From Vicinamibacterales bacterium (GTDB taxonomy: Bacteria > Acidobacteriota > Vicinamibacteria > Vicinamibacterales > 2-12-FULL-66-21): a stretch of DNA of 64,000 nucleotides. This document shows, in pieces, positions 45,618 to 56,366 of this stretch (the first letter of the stretch is position 1; each line of letters opens with the position of its first letter). The stretch is taken from NCBI GenBank assembly GCA_035492775.1, contig DATJIW010000097.1, forward strand, positions 2,500 to 66,499, given 5' to 3'. The notes beneath the pieces are model-generated. The model did not search any database. It was not told where the DNA came from and saw only the letters and a list, made by a program, of their open reading frames with translations. The position numbers were made by a program, and so were the translations under genes.

Positions 45618-48047
45618 ATGGACGCCCTGCGGCTCGAGATCCGCTATGCCATCCGCAGCCTGACCCGCCACTCCGCTTTGTCGGCGATCGCCGTATTGAC
45701 GCTGGCCGTGGGCGTGGGCGCGAACACCGTCGCCTTCTCCGCGCTGGATGCCCTGCTCTCGCATCCCTTCGCATTCCCGCATGTTGATCGGCTCGGGTGG
45801 GTGATGCTGAAGGGCCCGAACAGCCAGGATGGCCAGTTGTCGGCGAGCGAATTCGAAGACCTGCGGCGTACGAGCCGCGCCTTCGACAGCGTTGCGGCGT
45901 CGGCAGGCGTGACCCTGGCGGTCGAGACAGACGGTCACGCCGAACAGATCTTTGCATCGCTGGTCTCACCCCACTTCTTCGAGGCGATCGATGCGCACGC
46001 CGAAGTCGGGAGAACGCTGCAATCGGACGACGCTGCCGCCGTCGTGGAGATTCCAGGCGTCATCAGCCATCGATTCTGGAGCAAGACGCTCAACGGATCC
46101 GCAATCGACGGCAGAACACTGAAGATCGGCGGGAGGCTCGTATCCATCGTCGGCGTGATGCCCGACACCTTTCAGGGACCGACGGGCGTCTATGCACCAG
46201 AGATCTGGCTGCCGCTCGATCGCCTCGACGTGCTCGGCGTCGCCGGTGACATCCGGAGGCCCGAGTATGAGTGGCTTGGCGTGTTCGCGCGGCTTGCGCC
46301 CGGCGCCAACCTCACGCAGGCGCAAACGGAGCTCGCCGGCTATGCAGCGCGCTGGAAACTGGCATCCCCGGCCACCCGCAACAGCCGCACGTTCAACCTC
46401 AGGTTCTATCCCATGCGCGACGGCCATCCCGAACTCCAGCAGATTGCGCCTTATGCCTGGCTAACGATGGCGATCGTGGGTGTCGTGCTGCTGCTCGCCT
46501 GTTTCAACGTGACTACCCTTCTCCTGACCCGCGCGAGCGAGCGACGGCGCGAAATCAGCATTCGGATGGCGCTCGGGTCCGGCCGCGCACGCGTCGTTCG
46601 TGGACTGCTGATCGAAGGGCTCCTCATGGCGGCCGTAAGCGGCCTGGCCGCGCTCGTGCTGGCCGCATGGAGCGAACAGCTGCTTGGCGTGTTCGCCCTG
46701 CCCGCGCCCGTTCCGCAACGCCTCCGGATGGCAATCGACGCCCGGCTCGTCGAGTTCACCGGCGTGATGGTGCTGGTCGCGGGCGTGTTGCCGGCGCTCC
46801 TGCCAGCGCTTCACGCGACGGGCCGCAGGATCAGCCAATCCATGCGGACGGAGGCTGCCTTTGGGAACGGACGGCCGTCCAGGATCGCCAATGCGTTCGT
46901 GATCGCGCAAATCGCCGGGTCCACGCTCTTCCTGGCTGTTGCCCTGCTCTGCGTGCGGAGCTTCGCCGTTGCGGCGGCTTTCAACCCCGGATTCGATGTC
47001 GATCATGTCGTGGTCGCGAATCTCGATCCGATGCATTTCGGGATGGATGTGCCTCGCACGCGTGTCCTGCTCGACGCGTTGCTTCAGCAGCTGTCGACGG
47101 CGCCCGCAATCGCGCAGATTGCTGCCGCCGACCGCGTGCCCTTCTCGGTCGGTTACCCGCACACCGAGGCCGTGGCCGCACCCGGGGAGGCCTGCGCCGA
47201 GACCGGTTGCCGTCCGGTCCTCACCTATGCGGTGACATCAGGTCACTTCGGCGCGCTTGGTATGCGCATCGTGAACGGCCGCGAACTGACGCCGGCAGAA
47301 GTTCGTGCAGGTTCCGCGGTCGTCATCAACGAAGCGCTTGCGATGGCACGCTTCCCGGAAGGTCACGCCGTCGGGCAGACGCTCATGATCGGGCGTCCCG
47401 CGCGAACGGTTCTAGTAGCGGGAGTCGTGACGAACGTCAACCAGTATCGACTGGGTGAACCGTCGACACCGGTGCTGTATCGTGCGCTCACAGACGCCGA
47501 TCTCGCCCATGGCTTCGCCCTTGTCGCCCGCGCGTCCGACGATCCCCGCGCAGCAGTCGTTGCCTTGCGCGACGCGATCGGTTCGGCCGCTCCTGGCATC
47601 CCTGCCGGCTCAATCGAGCGCATGCGCGACCGTCTCGCGTTGCCGCTCTGGCCATATCGGACTGGCGCTGAATTCTTCCTGGCGTGCGGCGCGCTCGCGC
47701 TGCTGCTGGCAACAGTCGGATTGTTCGGCTCCACGTACTTCACGGTCCGCCGGCGAACGCGCGAGTTCGGCATCCGCATTGCGGTCGGCGCGCGCCCGCG
47801 CGATGTCATGCGGCAGGTCCTTGGTGAAGGATTACGTCTCAGCGTGCCGGGTGCCGCGCTGGGCTTGACCGCGGCGCTCATCGCGGGCCGTCTGCTGTCG
47901 CGTCTGCTCTACGGCGTGAGCCCATTGGATCTTCTCAGCTTCGGGGGAGCGGCCGCGATCCAGACTGCCGTTGCCGTCATCGCGTGCGTGCTGCCGGCGC
48001 GTCGCGCTACTCAGACCGACCCGGTGACAGTTCTCAAGAGCGACTGA
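45618..48047 (+). CDS. ADOP-family duplicated FtsX/MacB-like permease
   Basis: MDALRLEIRYAIRSLTRHSAL N-terminus at ATG 45618 (the ORF opens at 45588). Two modules. C-terminus ARRATQTDPVTVLKSD. Confidence 0.9.
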   Translation: MDALRLEIRYAIRSLTRHSALSAIAVLTLAVGVGANTVAFSALDALLSHPFAFPHVDRLGWVMLKGPNSQDGQLSASEFEDLRRTSRAFDSVAASAGVTLAVETDGHAEQIFASLVSPHFFEAIDAHAEVGRTLQSDDAAAVVEIPGVISHRFWSKTLNGSAIDGRTLKIGGRLVSIVGVMPDTFQGPTGVYAPEIWLPLDRLDVLGVAGDIRRPEYEWLGVFARLAPGANLTQAQTELAGYAARWKLASPATRNSRTFNLRFYPMRDGHPELQQIAPYAWLTMAIVGVVLLLACFNVTTLLLTRASERRREISIRMALGSGRARVVRGLLIEGLLMAAVSGLAALVLAAWSEQLLGVFALPAPVPQRLRMAIDARLVEFTGVMVLVAGVLPALLPALHATGRRISQSMRTEAAFGNGRPSRIANAFVIAQIAGSTLFLAVALLCVRSFAVAAAFNPGFDVDHVVVANLDPMHFGMDVPRTRVLLDALLQQLSTAPAIAQIAAADRVPFSVGYPHTEAVAAPGEACAETGCRPVLTYAVTSGHFGALGMRIVNGRELTPAEVRAGSAVVINEALAMARFPEGHAVGQTLMIGRPARTVLVAGVVTNVNQYRLGEPSTPVLYRALTDADLAHGFALVARASDDPRAAVVALRDAIGSAAPGIPAGSIERMRDRLALPLWPYRTGAEFFLACGALALLLATVGLFGSTYFTVRRRTREFGIRIAVGARPRDVMRQVLGEGLRLSVPGAALGLTAALIAGRLLSRLLYGVSPLDLLSFGGAAAIQTAVAVIACVLPARRATQTDPVTVLKSD

Positions 48048-48062
48048 CTTTCCCGAGATCCC

Positions 48063-48136
48063 GCTTGCCGCTTGCCGGTTGCCGGACCGGAGCCTCGAGA
48101 CTGGTAAATGGAAACTGGCAACTGGAACTGGTTCAG
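48063..48136. repeat. Two short tandem-repeat tracts: (GCTTGCC)x2-GGTTGCC and ACTGG/AACTGG x4
   Basis: Heptamer tract at 48063-48085. ACTGG at 48100-48104 and AACTGG at 48113, 48120 and 48126. The tracts start 16 nt after the ADOP stop. Confidence 0.8.
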
Positions 48137-48232
48137 GCGCTATACCGTTTCAGAACTCGCCCCCACCTGACGGTTCCGTCTCCGCGTTGCGCCAGACCTA
48201 CCGGAAATCCTCGAAAATCTGCGTCCCGTCCA

Positions 48233-48248
48233 CGGCACCCGAGTTGCT
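48233..48248 (+). promoter_or_regulatory. Sigma-54 promoter candidate CGGCAC-N5-TTGCT
   Basis: GG (48234-35) and GC (48246-47) at the canonical offset. GGCACCC..GTTGCTCT matches the consensus site at 59625 in 15 of 17 positions. Predicted +1 is about 48259, 30 nt before ATG 48289. Confidence 0.5.
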
Positions 48249-48288
48249 CTGCCGACGTGTGGACCCGTCCGCAAAGGCAGCCGCCGCC

Positions 48289-48960
48289 ATGAAATGCCCG
48301 TATCGCATCCTCGTCATCGACGACGACGAGCACGCCCTGATTGGCATGTCCGAACTGCTCTGCGACCAGGGACATGACGTCACGGCCGCGAGCACGTACG
48401 ACGAAGCCAAGGCGGCGCTCGCCGGGGCAGCGTTCGACTTGCTCGTCACCGACGTGCACCTTCGCGCGTACAACGGACTCCATCTCGTGATGCACAGCCG
48501 CGCCGCTCATCCCGAGATGGCCGTCGTCATCACCACGGGATACGACGAACCGGCGCTCTCGCTCGAAGCGAGCCGCTACAACGCGCGCTTCGTGAAGAAG
48601 CCGATCCATCCCGAGGAGTTTCTGAGGACGATCGACGACGCGCTCGGCACGGTACGGCGCCAGCGGCGCTGGCCGCGCAAGCGCGTCGACGGCGGGTTCC
48701 GCGTGACGGCCGGCGGCCGGCCTGCGGCTGTCGTGGACGTCTCGTATGGAGGCCTGCGCCTCGAACTTCAGCAAGGCGAGCCGCTGCCGCCGACGTTCGA
48801 CGTCGAAATGGCGAGCATCGGATTGCACCTGATGGTGGAACCCGTCTGGGCCGCCGTGATCCCGCAGACCGGGACTACGATCTGCGGCGCGGCGCTGACG
48901 GAGCACGAAACTCCGGCGGCCGAAGCCTGGCACGCCATCGTCGATCGGCTGAACACGTGA
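48289..48960 (+). CDS. Response-regulator receiver fused to PilZ domain
   Basis: Receiver motifs: ILVIDDDEHA, DLLVTDVHL, TTGY, KKP. PilZ motifs: RRQRRWPRKRV ... DVSYGGLRL. Confidence 0.8.
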   Translation: MKCPYRILVIDDDEHALIGMSELLCDQGHDVTAASTYDEAKAALAGAAFDLLVTDVHLRAYNGLHLVMHSRAAHPEMAVVITTGYDEPALSLEASRYNARFVKKPIHPEEFLRTIDDALGTVRRQRRWPRKRVDGGFRVTAGGRPAAVVDVSYGGLRLELQQGEPLPPTFDVEMASIGLHLMVEPVWAAVIPQTGTTICGAALTEHETPAAEAWHAIVDRLNT

Positions 48961-49000
48961 GTTGGTGATTCCCCAGCGCCGTTGCTACAGTAGCGGCGCC

Positions 49001-50587
49001 ATGATCAAGCATCTTGCCGCCGCCGGGCTGGCCGCCGCACTGCTGCAGGCCGCCGCTCCTCCCCAGGCACCGTTTCCGCTCGAAGAAGCCACCGCCGCAC
49101 AGTTGCAGGACTGGATGACGTCGGGACGCTACACCGCCCGGCAAATCGCGCAGCTGTACCTCGATCGCATCGAACAGATCGACCGGCAGGGTCCCTCGCT
49201 GCGCTCGGTGATCGAGGTCAATCCCGACGCGCTCACGATCGCCGACGCGCTGGACAAGGAGCGCGCCGAAAAAGGTCCGCGCGGGCCGCTTCACGGCATT
49301 CCCATCCTGATCAAAGACAACATCGACACCGGCGATCGGATGTCGACGACCGCCGGGTCGCTGGCGCTCGAAGGCTCCCATCCCCTGCACGACGCGTTCG
49401 TGGTTACGCGGCTGCGCGAGGCCGGAGTCGTCATCCTCGGCAAGACGAACCTGAGTGAATGGGCGAACTTCCGGTCGACGCGATCGACGAGCGGCTGGAG
49501 CGGACGCGGCGGACTCGTGAAGAACCCGTACGCACTCGACCGCAACGCCTGCGGATCGAGTTCCGGAACCGGCGTCGCGATCGCGGCGAATCTCGCCGCG
49601 ATCGGAATAGGCACCGAAACCGACGGCTCCATCGTCTGTCCGTCGGGGACGAACGGACTGGTCGGGATCAAGCCCACCGTCGGACTCGTCAGCCGTTCGG
49701 GCATCATCCCGATCTCACACTCGCAGGACACGGCGGGTCCGATGGCTAGAACCGTCGCAGACGCGGCGTTGCTCCTCGGCGCAATGACCGGCGTGGACCG
49801 CGCCGACGCCGCCAGTCCGGCAAGCGCGTCGCATGCCGCCCGCGACTATACGAAAGCGCTCGACGCGAACGCACTGAAGGGCGCGCGCATCGGCGTCGCG
49901 CGAAAGCAGTACTTCGGCTACAGCAGCGTCACCGACGCGATCACCGAGAAGGCGATCGCGGACATGAAGGCCGCCGGAGCGGCCATCGTCGATCCCGCTG
50001 ACATTCCGACGGCGTCGAAAACGGACTCGTGTGAGAACGAAGTCCTGCAGACCGAGTTCAAAGCCGACATCGCCAAGTACCTGGCATCGCTCGGGCCGTC
50101 GGCGCAGCGGAAGACGCTCGCGGATCTCATCGCGTTCAACGACGCGAACAAGGACCGCGAAATGCCGTACTTCGGCCAGGAAGTCTTTCTGCAGTCGCAG
50201 AAACGCGGAAGTCTGACCAGCCCCAAATACCTCGCGGCGCGCACCACCTGCCGCGCGCTCGCGCGGGCGCAGGGGATCGACTTCGTGCTCCGTCAGCACC
50301 GCCTCGATGCGATCGTCGCGCCAACGGGCGGCCCGGCATGGACGACGGATCTGGTCAACGGGGATCATTTCGGCGGAGCGAGTTCGACGCCCGCCGCCGT
50401 GGCAGGCTATCCGAGCATCACCGTACCGGCCGGGTACGCCTTCGGACTGCCGGTCGGCATCTCCTTCATGGGCACGGCATGGTCGGAATCGAGACTCATC
50501 GCGCTCGCGTTCGCGTACGAGCAGGCGACGAAACACCGGGTACCGCCGAAGTTTCTCCCTCGAGCTGCGCTCGAGGCAGAAAAATGA
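49001..50587 (+). CDS. Amidase-signature family amidase, secreted
   Basis: Signal peptide, GIPILIKDNIDT, GGSSSGTG-like CGSSSGTGVAIA, and SHSQDTAGPMAR. Confidence 0.9.
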   Translation: MIKHLAAAGLAAALLQAAAPPQAPFPLEEATAAQLQDWMTSGRYTARQIAQLYLDRIEQIDRQGPSLRSVIEVNPDALTIADALDKERAEKGPRGPLHGIPILIKDNIDTGDRMSTTAGSLALEGSHPLHDAFVVTRLREAGVVILGKTNLSEWANFRSTRSTSGWSGRGGLVKNPYALDRNACGSSSGTGVAIAANLAAIGIGTETDGSIVCPSGTNGLVGIKPTVGLVSRSGIIPISHSQDTAGPMARTVADAALLLGAMTGVDRADAASPASASHAARDYTKALDANALKGARIGVARKQYFGYSSVTDAITEKAIADMKAAGAAIVDPADIPTASKTDSCENEVLQTEFKADIAKYLASLGPSAQRKTLADLIAFNDANKDREMPYFGQEVFLQSQKRGSLTSPKYLAARTTCRALARAQGIDFVLRQHRLDAIVAPTGGPAWTTDLVNGDHFGGASSTPAAVAGYPSITVPAGYAFGLPVGISFMGTAWSESRLIALAFAYEQATKHRVPPKFLPRAALEAEK

Positions 50588-50614
50588 TTTCGGAGCTGCC
50601 GGAAATCCGTGCGC

Positions 50615-50965
50615 TCAGTGCACCGTAGCGCGCGGTACGGCCGCCGCGGCGATCACTCGCCGGACCATCGAATCGAGACGGTCCTGTTCGATCGCGAAGG
50701 GACCCGCGACGGCAGCGCCCATCGGGATTTCGACCGCAATTACGACGCCGCCTTCGATCGGTTCCACGATCCAGCTGAAACCGCGCAGCGCGACGTGACC
50801 GGCGGGGTTGTCGGGATTCTTCACACGGTCGATCGCGCGGAGGATCTGCTCCAGCACGATCTTCACGTCGCGCTCCATCCAGGCGCGCGGCTCGATGCCG
50901 TGCTCGATGTGTTCCGTCACCGCATCGTTGCGCTCGCGGAGCACGACTTCGACGTTGTACGTCAT
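50615..50965 (-). CDS. Hypothetical protein
   Basis: 116-aa ORF 3 nt downstream of the crotonase gene stop, with balanced composition. Confidence 0.5.
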   Translation of the reverse strand: MTYNVEVVLRERNDAVTEHIEHGIEPRAWMERDVKIVLEQILRAIDRVKNPDNPAGHVALRGFSWIVEPIEGGVVIAVEIPMGAAVAGPFAIEQDRLDSMVRRVIAAAAVPRATVH

Positions 50966-50968
50966 GAT

Positions 50969-51742
50969 CTATCGATCCTGCCAGCGCGGCGCGCGCTTCT
51001 GGAGAAACGCGGCAATCCCTTCAGGCGCATCCCGGGTCTGCATCAAATCCCGCAAGTATAGCCGCTCGAGCTCCGGCAGGAGAGCGCGCACCCGCGTCCT
51101 CAGCCCCGCCCGCGCCGCCTGGACGACGTAACGAAGCGTCGCCGCCGAGCGGCGCGCGAGACGTTCCGTAAACCACATGTCCACGCTGTCGGACAGCGCA
51201 GCCCCGGGCGCCACGAGCTCCACGAGACCCATCGCGAGGAGCTCCGCGGCGGACCGCGTCTCCCCCGTCACGAGCGCCCGCGTGGCCCGGGCGGCGCCGA
51301 TCCGCTCGCCGAGCAGCACCGAGCCGGCAGGAGCAAATACGCCAAGCGCCACCTCCGGCAATCCGAACGTCGCGTCGTCGGAAGCGAAAATGAAGTCGCA
51401 CGCGAGCGCCAGCTCGAACCCGCCGCCGAGACACCGGCCTCGGACGACGGCGGCGGTCGGAGCGGGGGCGTCGAGCAGCGCATAGATCAGCTCGTGCATA
51501 GCCGGCAGTACCCGAGCGATCTCCTCGGGAACGTGCTCGGGCACGCTGGCCCCGAAACTGAAATCCGCACCTGCTCCTTCGAGCGTGATCAGTTTGAGAT
51601 GCGGATTCTCGTCGAGACCCGACAGCGCCTCGGTCAGCAACTCGACCATCTCGGCCGTGATGATGTTGCCTTTCGAGTGCGAAAAGCGGAACGCGGCGCG
51701 CGTTCGATCGCTGTTGAACGCGACCGAAAGCGGCGTCGTCAT
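50969..51742 (-). CDS. Enoyl-CoA hydratase/isomerase (crotonase) family, dienoyl-CoA-hydratase-like
   Basis: ATGA overlap with the upstream gene. [30 protein letters not shown] and [10 protein letters not shown] are present. Confidence 0.82.
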   Translation of the reverse strand: MTTPLSVAFNSDRTRAAFRFSHSKGNIITAEMVELLTEALSGLDENPHLKLITLEGAGADFSFGASVPEHVPEEIARVLPAMHELIYALLDAPAPTAAVVRGRCLGGGFELALACDFIFASDDATFGLPEVALGVFAPAGSVLLGERIGAARATRALVTGETRSAAELLAMGLVELVAPGAALSDSVDMWFTERLARRSAATLRYVVQAARAGLRTRVRALLPELERLYLRDLMQTRDAPEGIAAFLQKRAPRWQDR

Positions 51743-53859
51743 CGGGCCTCCAACTGGGCGGACAATGCTTCCACGGTCGTCACCGGCTCGCGGCATACGA
51801 AATCGCGGCAGACGAAGGCTGTCGCGCGGCCGTCTCGAGGTTTCAATCCTCCGATGAAGGGCGCGAGCCTGGCGAGCGTCTCCTGCGCCGGTCCGGGATC
51901 CACCGGGATCACGATCGAGAACGGAAGGTAATGCCGCGCGACTTCCTCCTTCAGCGCGCACACATCGTCAGCATCCCCCGCCACGACGATCTGTCCTGCA
52001 CCTGCATGCCACGCGCACAACCCTGCGAGCATGAACGGTATGGCGCGCGCCGCGCGGCCGGCCTGAGGGCCATATCGGCCCAGCACGCGTTCGACACGCT
52101 GACGCGCGTCATCGTCGCCGAGCAGATACGCCAGACGAAGCAGGTTCATGACCGACACCGAACCCGCGGACGGTTCGGCGCCGTCATAGTCTTCCTTCAG
52201 ACGCAGCAGGACCGTGGGATCCTCCCCGGTCGTACTGAACCAGCCGGCATCCGCGGGATCCCAGAACAGGTCGTTCTGCCGTTGCTGCAGCTGGCGCGCC
52301 CAGGCGAGCCAGGATGGATTGCCGTCCGCCTCGAACAGCTCGAGCACACCCCAGATGAGACAGGCGTAGTCCTCGGCGTATGCGTGGATCGCCGCGTCGC
52401 CATCGCGATACCGCCTGAGGAGACGCTGCTCGTCGGGACGCCACATTCTTTCCTTGATGAACAACGCGGCACGGCGCGCCGCCGCCAGCCACTCCGTCGC
52501 GTCGGGGCGCGCCGGCAGGACGCGCGCCGCACGCGCGAGCGCGGCAATCATGAGTCCGTTCCACGCGACGAGAACCTTGTCATCCCGATGAGGCCTGGGA
52601 CGGCTCGCACGTGCTTCGAACAGCACGTGACGGGCGCGGCCGAGGGCGGCCATCACATCGTCTATGGATTTTCCGGTGCTGGCCGCCACATCTTCCAGCG
52701 AGCGCGCCGTGTAGAGAATATTCTGCCCCTGGAACTCCCCCTGCGGATCCTGCGGAGCATTGCCGCCGGACTGGACGCCGAAGCGCGCCCGGACGATCTC
52801 GGCGTCGGCCTCGAGCAGCTGCCCGATCTCCGCGTCGGTCCACACGTAGAACGCGCCCTCGCGTTTTTCGGCCGTGGCAGCGTCCGGAAGGCTGTCGGCG
52901 TCCTCCGCAGAGTAGAAGCTGCCGGTTGAATCGCGCATGTCGCGCAGCACGTATGCGATCGTGTCCTCCGCCACGGCGGCGAAGAAGCTCTGTCCCGTTG
53001 CCTGCGCGGCTTCGAGGAATGCCAGCGTCAGCTGCGCCTGGTCGTACAGCATCTTCTCGAAGTGCGGCACCCTCCACGCAGCGTCCACCGAGTAGCGATG
53101 GAACCCTCCGCCGACGTGATCACGCATGCCGCCGAGCGCCATCGCCCGCAGTGTCGCCGAGACGGCTTCGAGCAGCGCGGCGTCACCTCCGCGCGCATAC
53201 TCGCGCAGCAGAAAGAACAACTCCACCGGCCGTGGAAACTTCGGTGCATCCCCGAATCCGCCGTTGCGGCGGTCGAACGCTGCGAGGTACTGCGCCGCCG
53301 CTTCCTCGAGCGCGTCAGTGCCCGCGATCGTCGACTCAACGCGAGACCTCCCGTCGGCGCCAGTTACCGTCTTCAGCCGGTCGAACAACTCGGCCGCCGC
53401 GAATTCGACGCGCGATCGATCCTCCGTCCATACGCGGCGGATCTCCTCGAGCACGTCGATGAAGCCCGGCCGTCCCCACCGTGACGCGGGCGGAAAATAG
53501 GTTCCTCCGAAAAACGGTTTCAAATCCGGCGTCAGGAATACCGACATCGGCCATCCGCCGGAACCGGTGGTCGACTGCACGAAGGCCATATATATGCGAT
53601 CGACGTCTGGGCGCTCCTCGCGATCGAGTTTGATCGATACGAACGACGCATTCAGCCGGCGCGCGACGTCGTCGTTTTCGAACGACTCGTGCTCCATGAC
53701 GTGGCACCAGTGGCACGTGGAGTAGCCGATCGAGAGAAAGATGGGTTTGTCCTCCCGTCGAGCCGCTTCGAACGCCTCGTCGCCCCACGCGTACCAATCG
53801 ACGGGGTTGTTTGCATGTTGCAGGAGATACGGACTGCGTTCGCGCGCCAGACGGTTCAT
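51739..53859 (-). CDS. Thioredoxin-domain protein (DUF255 / YyaL-SSP411-like)
   Basis: ATG 53859. [38 protein letters not shown], then an alpha/alpha-toroid-like region. Confidence 0.9.
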   Translation of the reverse strand: MNRLARERSPYLLQHANNPVDWYAWGDEAFEAARREDKPIFLSIGYSTCHWCHVMEHESFENDDVARRLNASFVSIKLDREERPDVDRIYMAFVQSTTGSGGWPMSVFLTPDLKPFFGGTYFPPASRWGRPGFIDVLEEIRRVWTEDRSRVEFAAAELFDRLKTVTGADGRSRVESTIAGTDALEEAAAQYLAAFDRRNGGFGDAPKFPRPVELFFLLREYARGGDAALLEAVSATLRAMALGGMRDHVGGGFHRYSVDAAWRVPHFEKMLYDQAQLTLAFLEAAQATGQSFFAAVAEDTIAYVLRDMRDSTGSFYSAEDADSLPDAATAEKREGAFYVWTDAEIGQLLEADAEIVRARFGVQSGGNAPQDPQGEFQGQNILYTARSLEDVAASTGKSIDDVMAALGRARHVLFEARASRPRPHRDDKVLVAWNGLMIAALARAARVLPARPDATEWLAAARRAALFIKERMWRPDEQRLLRRYRDGDAAIHAYAEDYACLIWGVLELFEADGNPSWLAWARQLQQRQNDLFWDPADAGWFSTTGEDPTVLLRLKEDYDGAEPSAGSVSVMNLLRLAYLLGDDDARQRVERVLGRYGPQAGRAARAIPFMLAGLCAWHAGAGQIVVAGDADDVCALKEEVARHYLPFSIVIPVDPGPAQETLARLAPFIGGLKPRDGRATAFVCRDFVCREPVTTVEALSAQLEAR

Positions 53860-53889
53860 ACGGCCATGCTGACATAGAATCTCTGCGAC

Positions 53890-54648
53890 ATGGAACCAGC
53901 GGTTCAGACGCGCGGCCTCACGCGCAGCTTCGGTGCGCTTCGCGCGGTGGACGGCATCGATTTGGAGGTCCCCACGGGGAGCTTCTATGGTTTTCTCGGG
54001 CCGAACGGCGCAGGCAAGTCGACGACGATCAAATTGCTGACGGGTCTGCTTCGGCCCTCGGGCGGCGAGATGCGCATCCTGGGCATCGATCCGATTGCCG
54101 ATCCTGTTGCGGTCAAACGCCGCGTTGGCGTCGTACCCGAAGATCTCGCGCTGTTCGATCGGCTGACGGCGGCAGAAACGCTGACCTTCATCGGGCAGGT
54201 CCACGGGATCCCGACGGAAACGTTTCAGAGCCGTTCAGCGGACCTGCTCTCGCTGATGGATTTGACGACCGCGGCGACGACGCTGGTCGCTGATTTCTCG
54301 CATGGGATGCGGAAGAAGCTCGCGCTGGCGGCGGCGCTGCTGCCCGCTCCGAAGCTGCTGTTCCTCGACGAACCGTTCGAAGGCATCGATGCCGTCGCGT
54401 CCCGGCAGATCAAGGATCTCCTTCAAGGATTCGTGTCGCGAGGTGGCACCATCTTTCTGACGTCGCATATCCTCGAGATCGTGGAGCGCCTCTCGACGCA
54501 CATCGGAGTGATCGCGAAGGGCCGCCTCGTCGCGCAGGGCCCGATCGAGACCGTGCGTGCCGGCGGCGGGGGCGCCCAGACGCTCGAGGAACTCTTCATC
54601 GAGCTCGTCGGCGGCGAGCGGCCGGCGGCGGATCTCCACTGGCTCTAG
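53890..54648 (+). CDS. ABC transporter ATP-binding protein (ABC-2 type)
   Basis: [40 protein letters not shown]. Confidence 0.9.
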   Translation: MEPAVQTRGLTRSFGALRAVDGIDLEVPTGSFYGFLGPNGAGKSTTIKLLTGLLRPSGGEMRILGIDPIADPVAVKRRVGVVPEDLALFDRLTAAETLTFIGQVHGIPTETFQSRSADLLSLMDLTTAATTLVADFSHGMRKKLALAAALLPAPKLLFLDEPFEGIDAVASRQIKDLLQGFVSRGGTIFLTSHILEIVERLSTHIGVIAKGRLVAQGPIETVRAGGGGAQTLEELFIELVGGERPAADLHWL

Positions 54649-54649
54649 C

Positions 54650-56329
54650 GTGCGCATACTCCGCGCGTTCGTGTGGCTCCGATGGCGCGTGCTCGTCAAT
54701 GCGCTGGAACGAACCGGCGCGCGCGACGCAATCGATCGCCTGTCGCTCGCGGTCGAGAATCTCGGCCCGATCATCGCGCTGCTCCTGCTCGTTCCCTCCG
54801 CGCTCGGCATGACCGTGCTGGGCGCGGCCGCGGGATTCGGGCTCGCGACGGGATCCTGGCAACTGCCCTTCGAAGTGCTCCGGTATCTGCTGCTGGCGGC
54901 GCTGGCCTTCTCTGTAGTGGGGCCGATCGTGCTGCCGTCGGGCGACGCGGGTAATCCAACGCGATACCTCCTGCTGCCGGTCCCGCGAACACTTTTGTAT
55001 CTCGCGCACCTCGTCGGAGCGCTCGCGGATCCCTGGATCCTGCTGAGCCTTCCCGCCGTGATCGGCGTGGCGATCGGAATGCTCGCCGGCGCGCACGCTG
55101 TCGCTGGAGTGATTGCGTTCGCGGCCGGGCTCGCGTTCGTGGCCGTGCTCGGCGGCGTGAGCTCGCTCACCTCCTCGGTCGTGCACCTGCTCCTGCGAAA
55201 CCGCCGCCGCGGCGAGATCGTGATGCTGCTGCTGGTGCTGATCCTTCCGCTGATCGGCCTCGTACCGTCCGTCATGCGGGCGGAGCATCGCCGGGGACGC
55301 GCCCGCGGTCACGTGGAGCGTACGGTCCATACGCCGACGGAGTTCGAACGTGTCACGGCGCGTGTCGCGTCGTATGTACCCTCGGAGCTGTACCGGCAGG
55401 CGAACACGGCAGCGATTGCCCAGACATCGACGGCGGCGCCGCCGCTGATGCTGCTGGTCCTCATCGCGGCGGCGCTTCAGGTGCTCGGATACGCCGCGTT
55501 CTCGCGCGTCCTCGACATGCCGCAGACGCTTGGAGTGCGCCGCGGAGCGGCATTCGGGGGCCTCTGGGGCCGGAGGATACCGGGCATGACCGCCGGCGCC
55601 TCCGCGGTCGCGCTGACGCAGCTGCGTCTCGCGTTGCGCAGCACGCGGGGCCGCTCGGTCCTGATGAGCCCGATCATGATTCTCGCGGTGTTCGGCACGC
55701 TCATCTACCGCCGGGGCGGTATGCCGTTCGCCGGATTCAACGTGAACGACGGATTGACTCTCGGCAGTTTCGCGAGCTTCATTGCGCTACTCGCCATTCT
55801 TCCGTTCGCCGCCAATCAGTTCGCCATCGATCGCGCAGGTTTCACGCGGCAGATGCTGTCGCCGCTCGGCATCGGCGAGCTGCTGGCGGGCAAAGCCGTC
55901 GGCAACGCGCTCATCTGCGCCGGCCCCGCCATCGTCTGTGTGGCCATTTCAGCGGCGGTTTTCCCAGGCGGTCACCCTGCCTTGTGGCTCGCGCTGCCGC
56001 TTGCATGGCTCGCGACGTACCTCCTCGTAGCCCCCGTGGCTGCGGCGCTGTCCGCGATCTTTCCACGCGAAGTCGACCTGAGCAGGATCGGAAACGGCAG
56101 CAACGCGCATCAGGCCGCTGGTTTGCTCGGGATGCTGACGCTCGTGGCCTCGGGCACGCCGTCTCTCTTGCTCGTACTGTTCGCCACCCGCTGGCTGCAC
56201 CGGCCCGCCCTCGCGCCGCTCTTTATGTTCGGCTGGTGCCTTGTCGCGCTCGCTATCTGCTGGGCGCTGTTCGTGCCGGTTCGCAAGCTGGTCGCCAGAC
56301 GCTGCGAAACACTCGCTCAGTACTACTGA
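54650..56329 (+). CDS. Polytopic membrane protein, putative ABC-2-type permease partner
   Basis: GTG 54650 lies 1 nt after the ATPase stop, followed by about 12 hydrophobic segments. No strong family motif. Confidence 0.6.
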   Translation: MRILRAFVWLRWRVLVNALERTGARDAIDRLSLAVENLGPIIALLLLVPSALGMTVLGAAAGFGLATGSWQLPFEVLRYLLLAALAFSVVGPIVLPSGDAGNPTRYLLLPVPRTLLYLAHLVGALADPWILLSLPAVIGVAIGMLAGAHAVAGVIAFAAGLAFVAVLGGVSSLTSSVVHLLLRNRRRGEIVMLLLVLILPLIGLVPSVMRAEHRRGRARGHVERTVHTPTEFERVTARVASYVPSELYRQANTAAIAQTSTAAPPLMLLVLIAAALQVLGYAAFSRVLDMPQTLGVRRGAAFGGLWGRRIPGMTAGASAVALTQLRLALRSTRGRSVLMSPIMILAVFGTLIYRRGGMPFAGFNVNDGLTLGSFASFIALLAILPFAANQFAIDRAGFTRQMLSPLGIGELLAGKAVGNALICAGPAIVCVAISAAVFPGGHPALWLALPLAWLATYLLVAPVAAALSAIFPREVDLSRIGNGSNAHQAAGLLGMLTLVASGTPSLLLVLFATRWLHRPALAPLFMFGWCLVALAICWALFVPVRKLVARRCETLAQYY

Positions 56330-56366
56330 AGCACGCGGGCACAGGCATTGCTGCGCTCAGGCCGCG

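Noticed and set aside
51739-54204. N-terminal extensions of the supplied ORFs (e.g. 51739..54204, 50969..51961, 41123..41968, 10558..11631, 6522..7343, 56241..57848, 22371..23279)
   Set aside because: The extensions overlap upstream genes and are Arg-rich. Internal ATG or GTG codons give canonical family N-termini, often with ATGA/GTGA coupling or a GGAGG RBS, so the shorter models were used.
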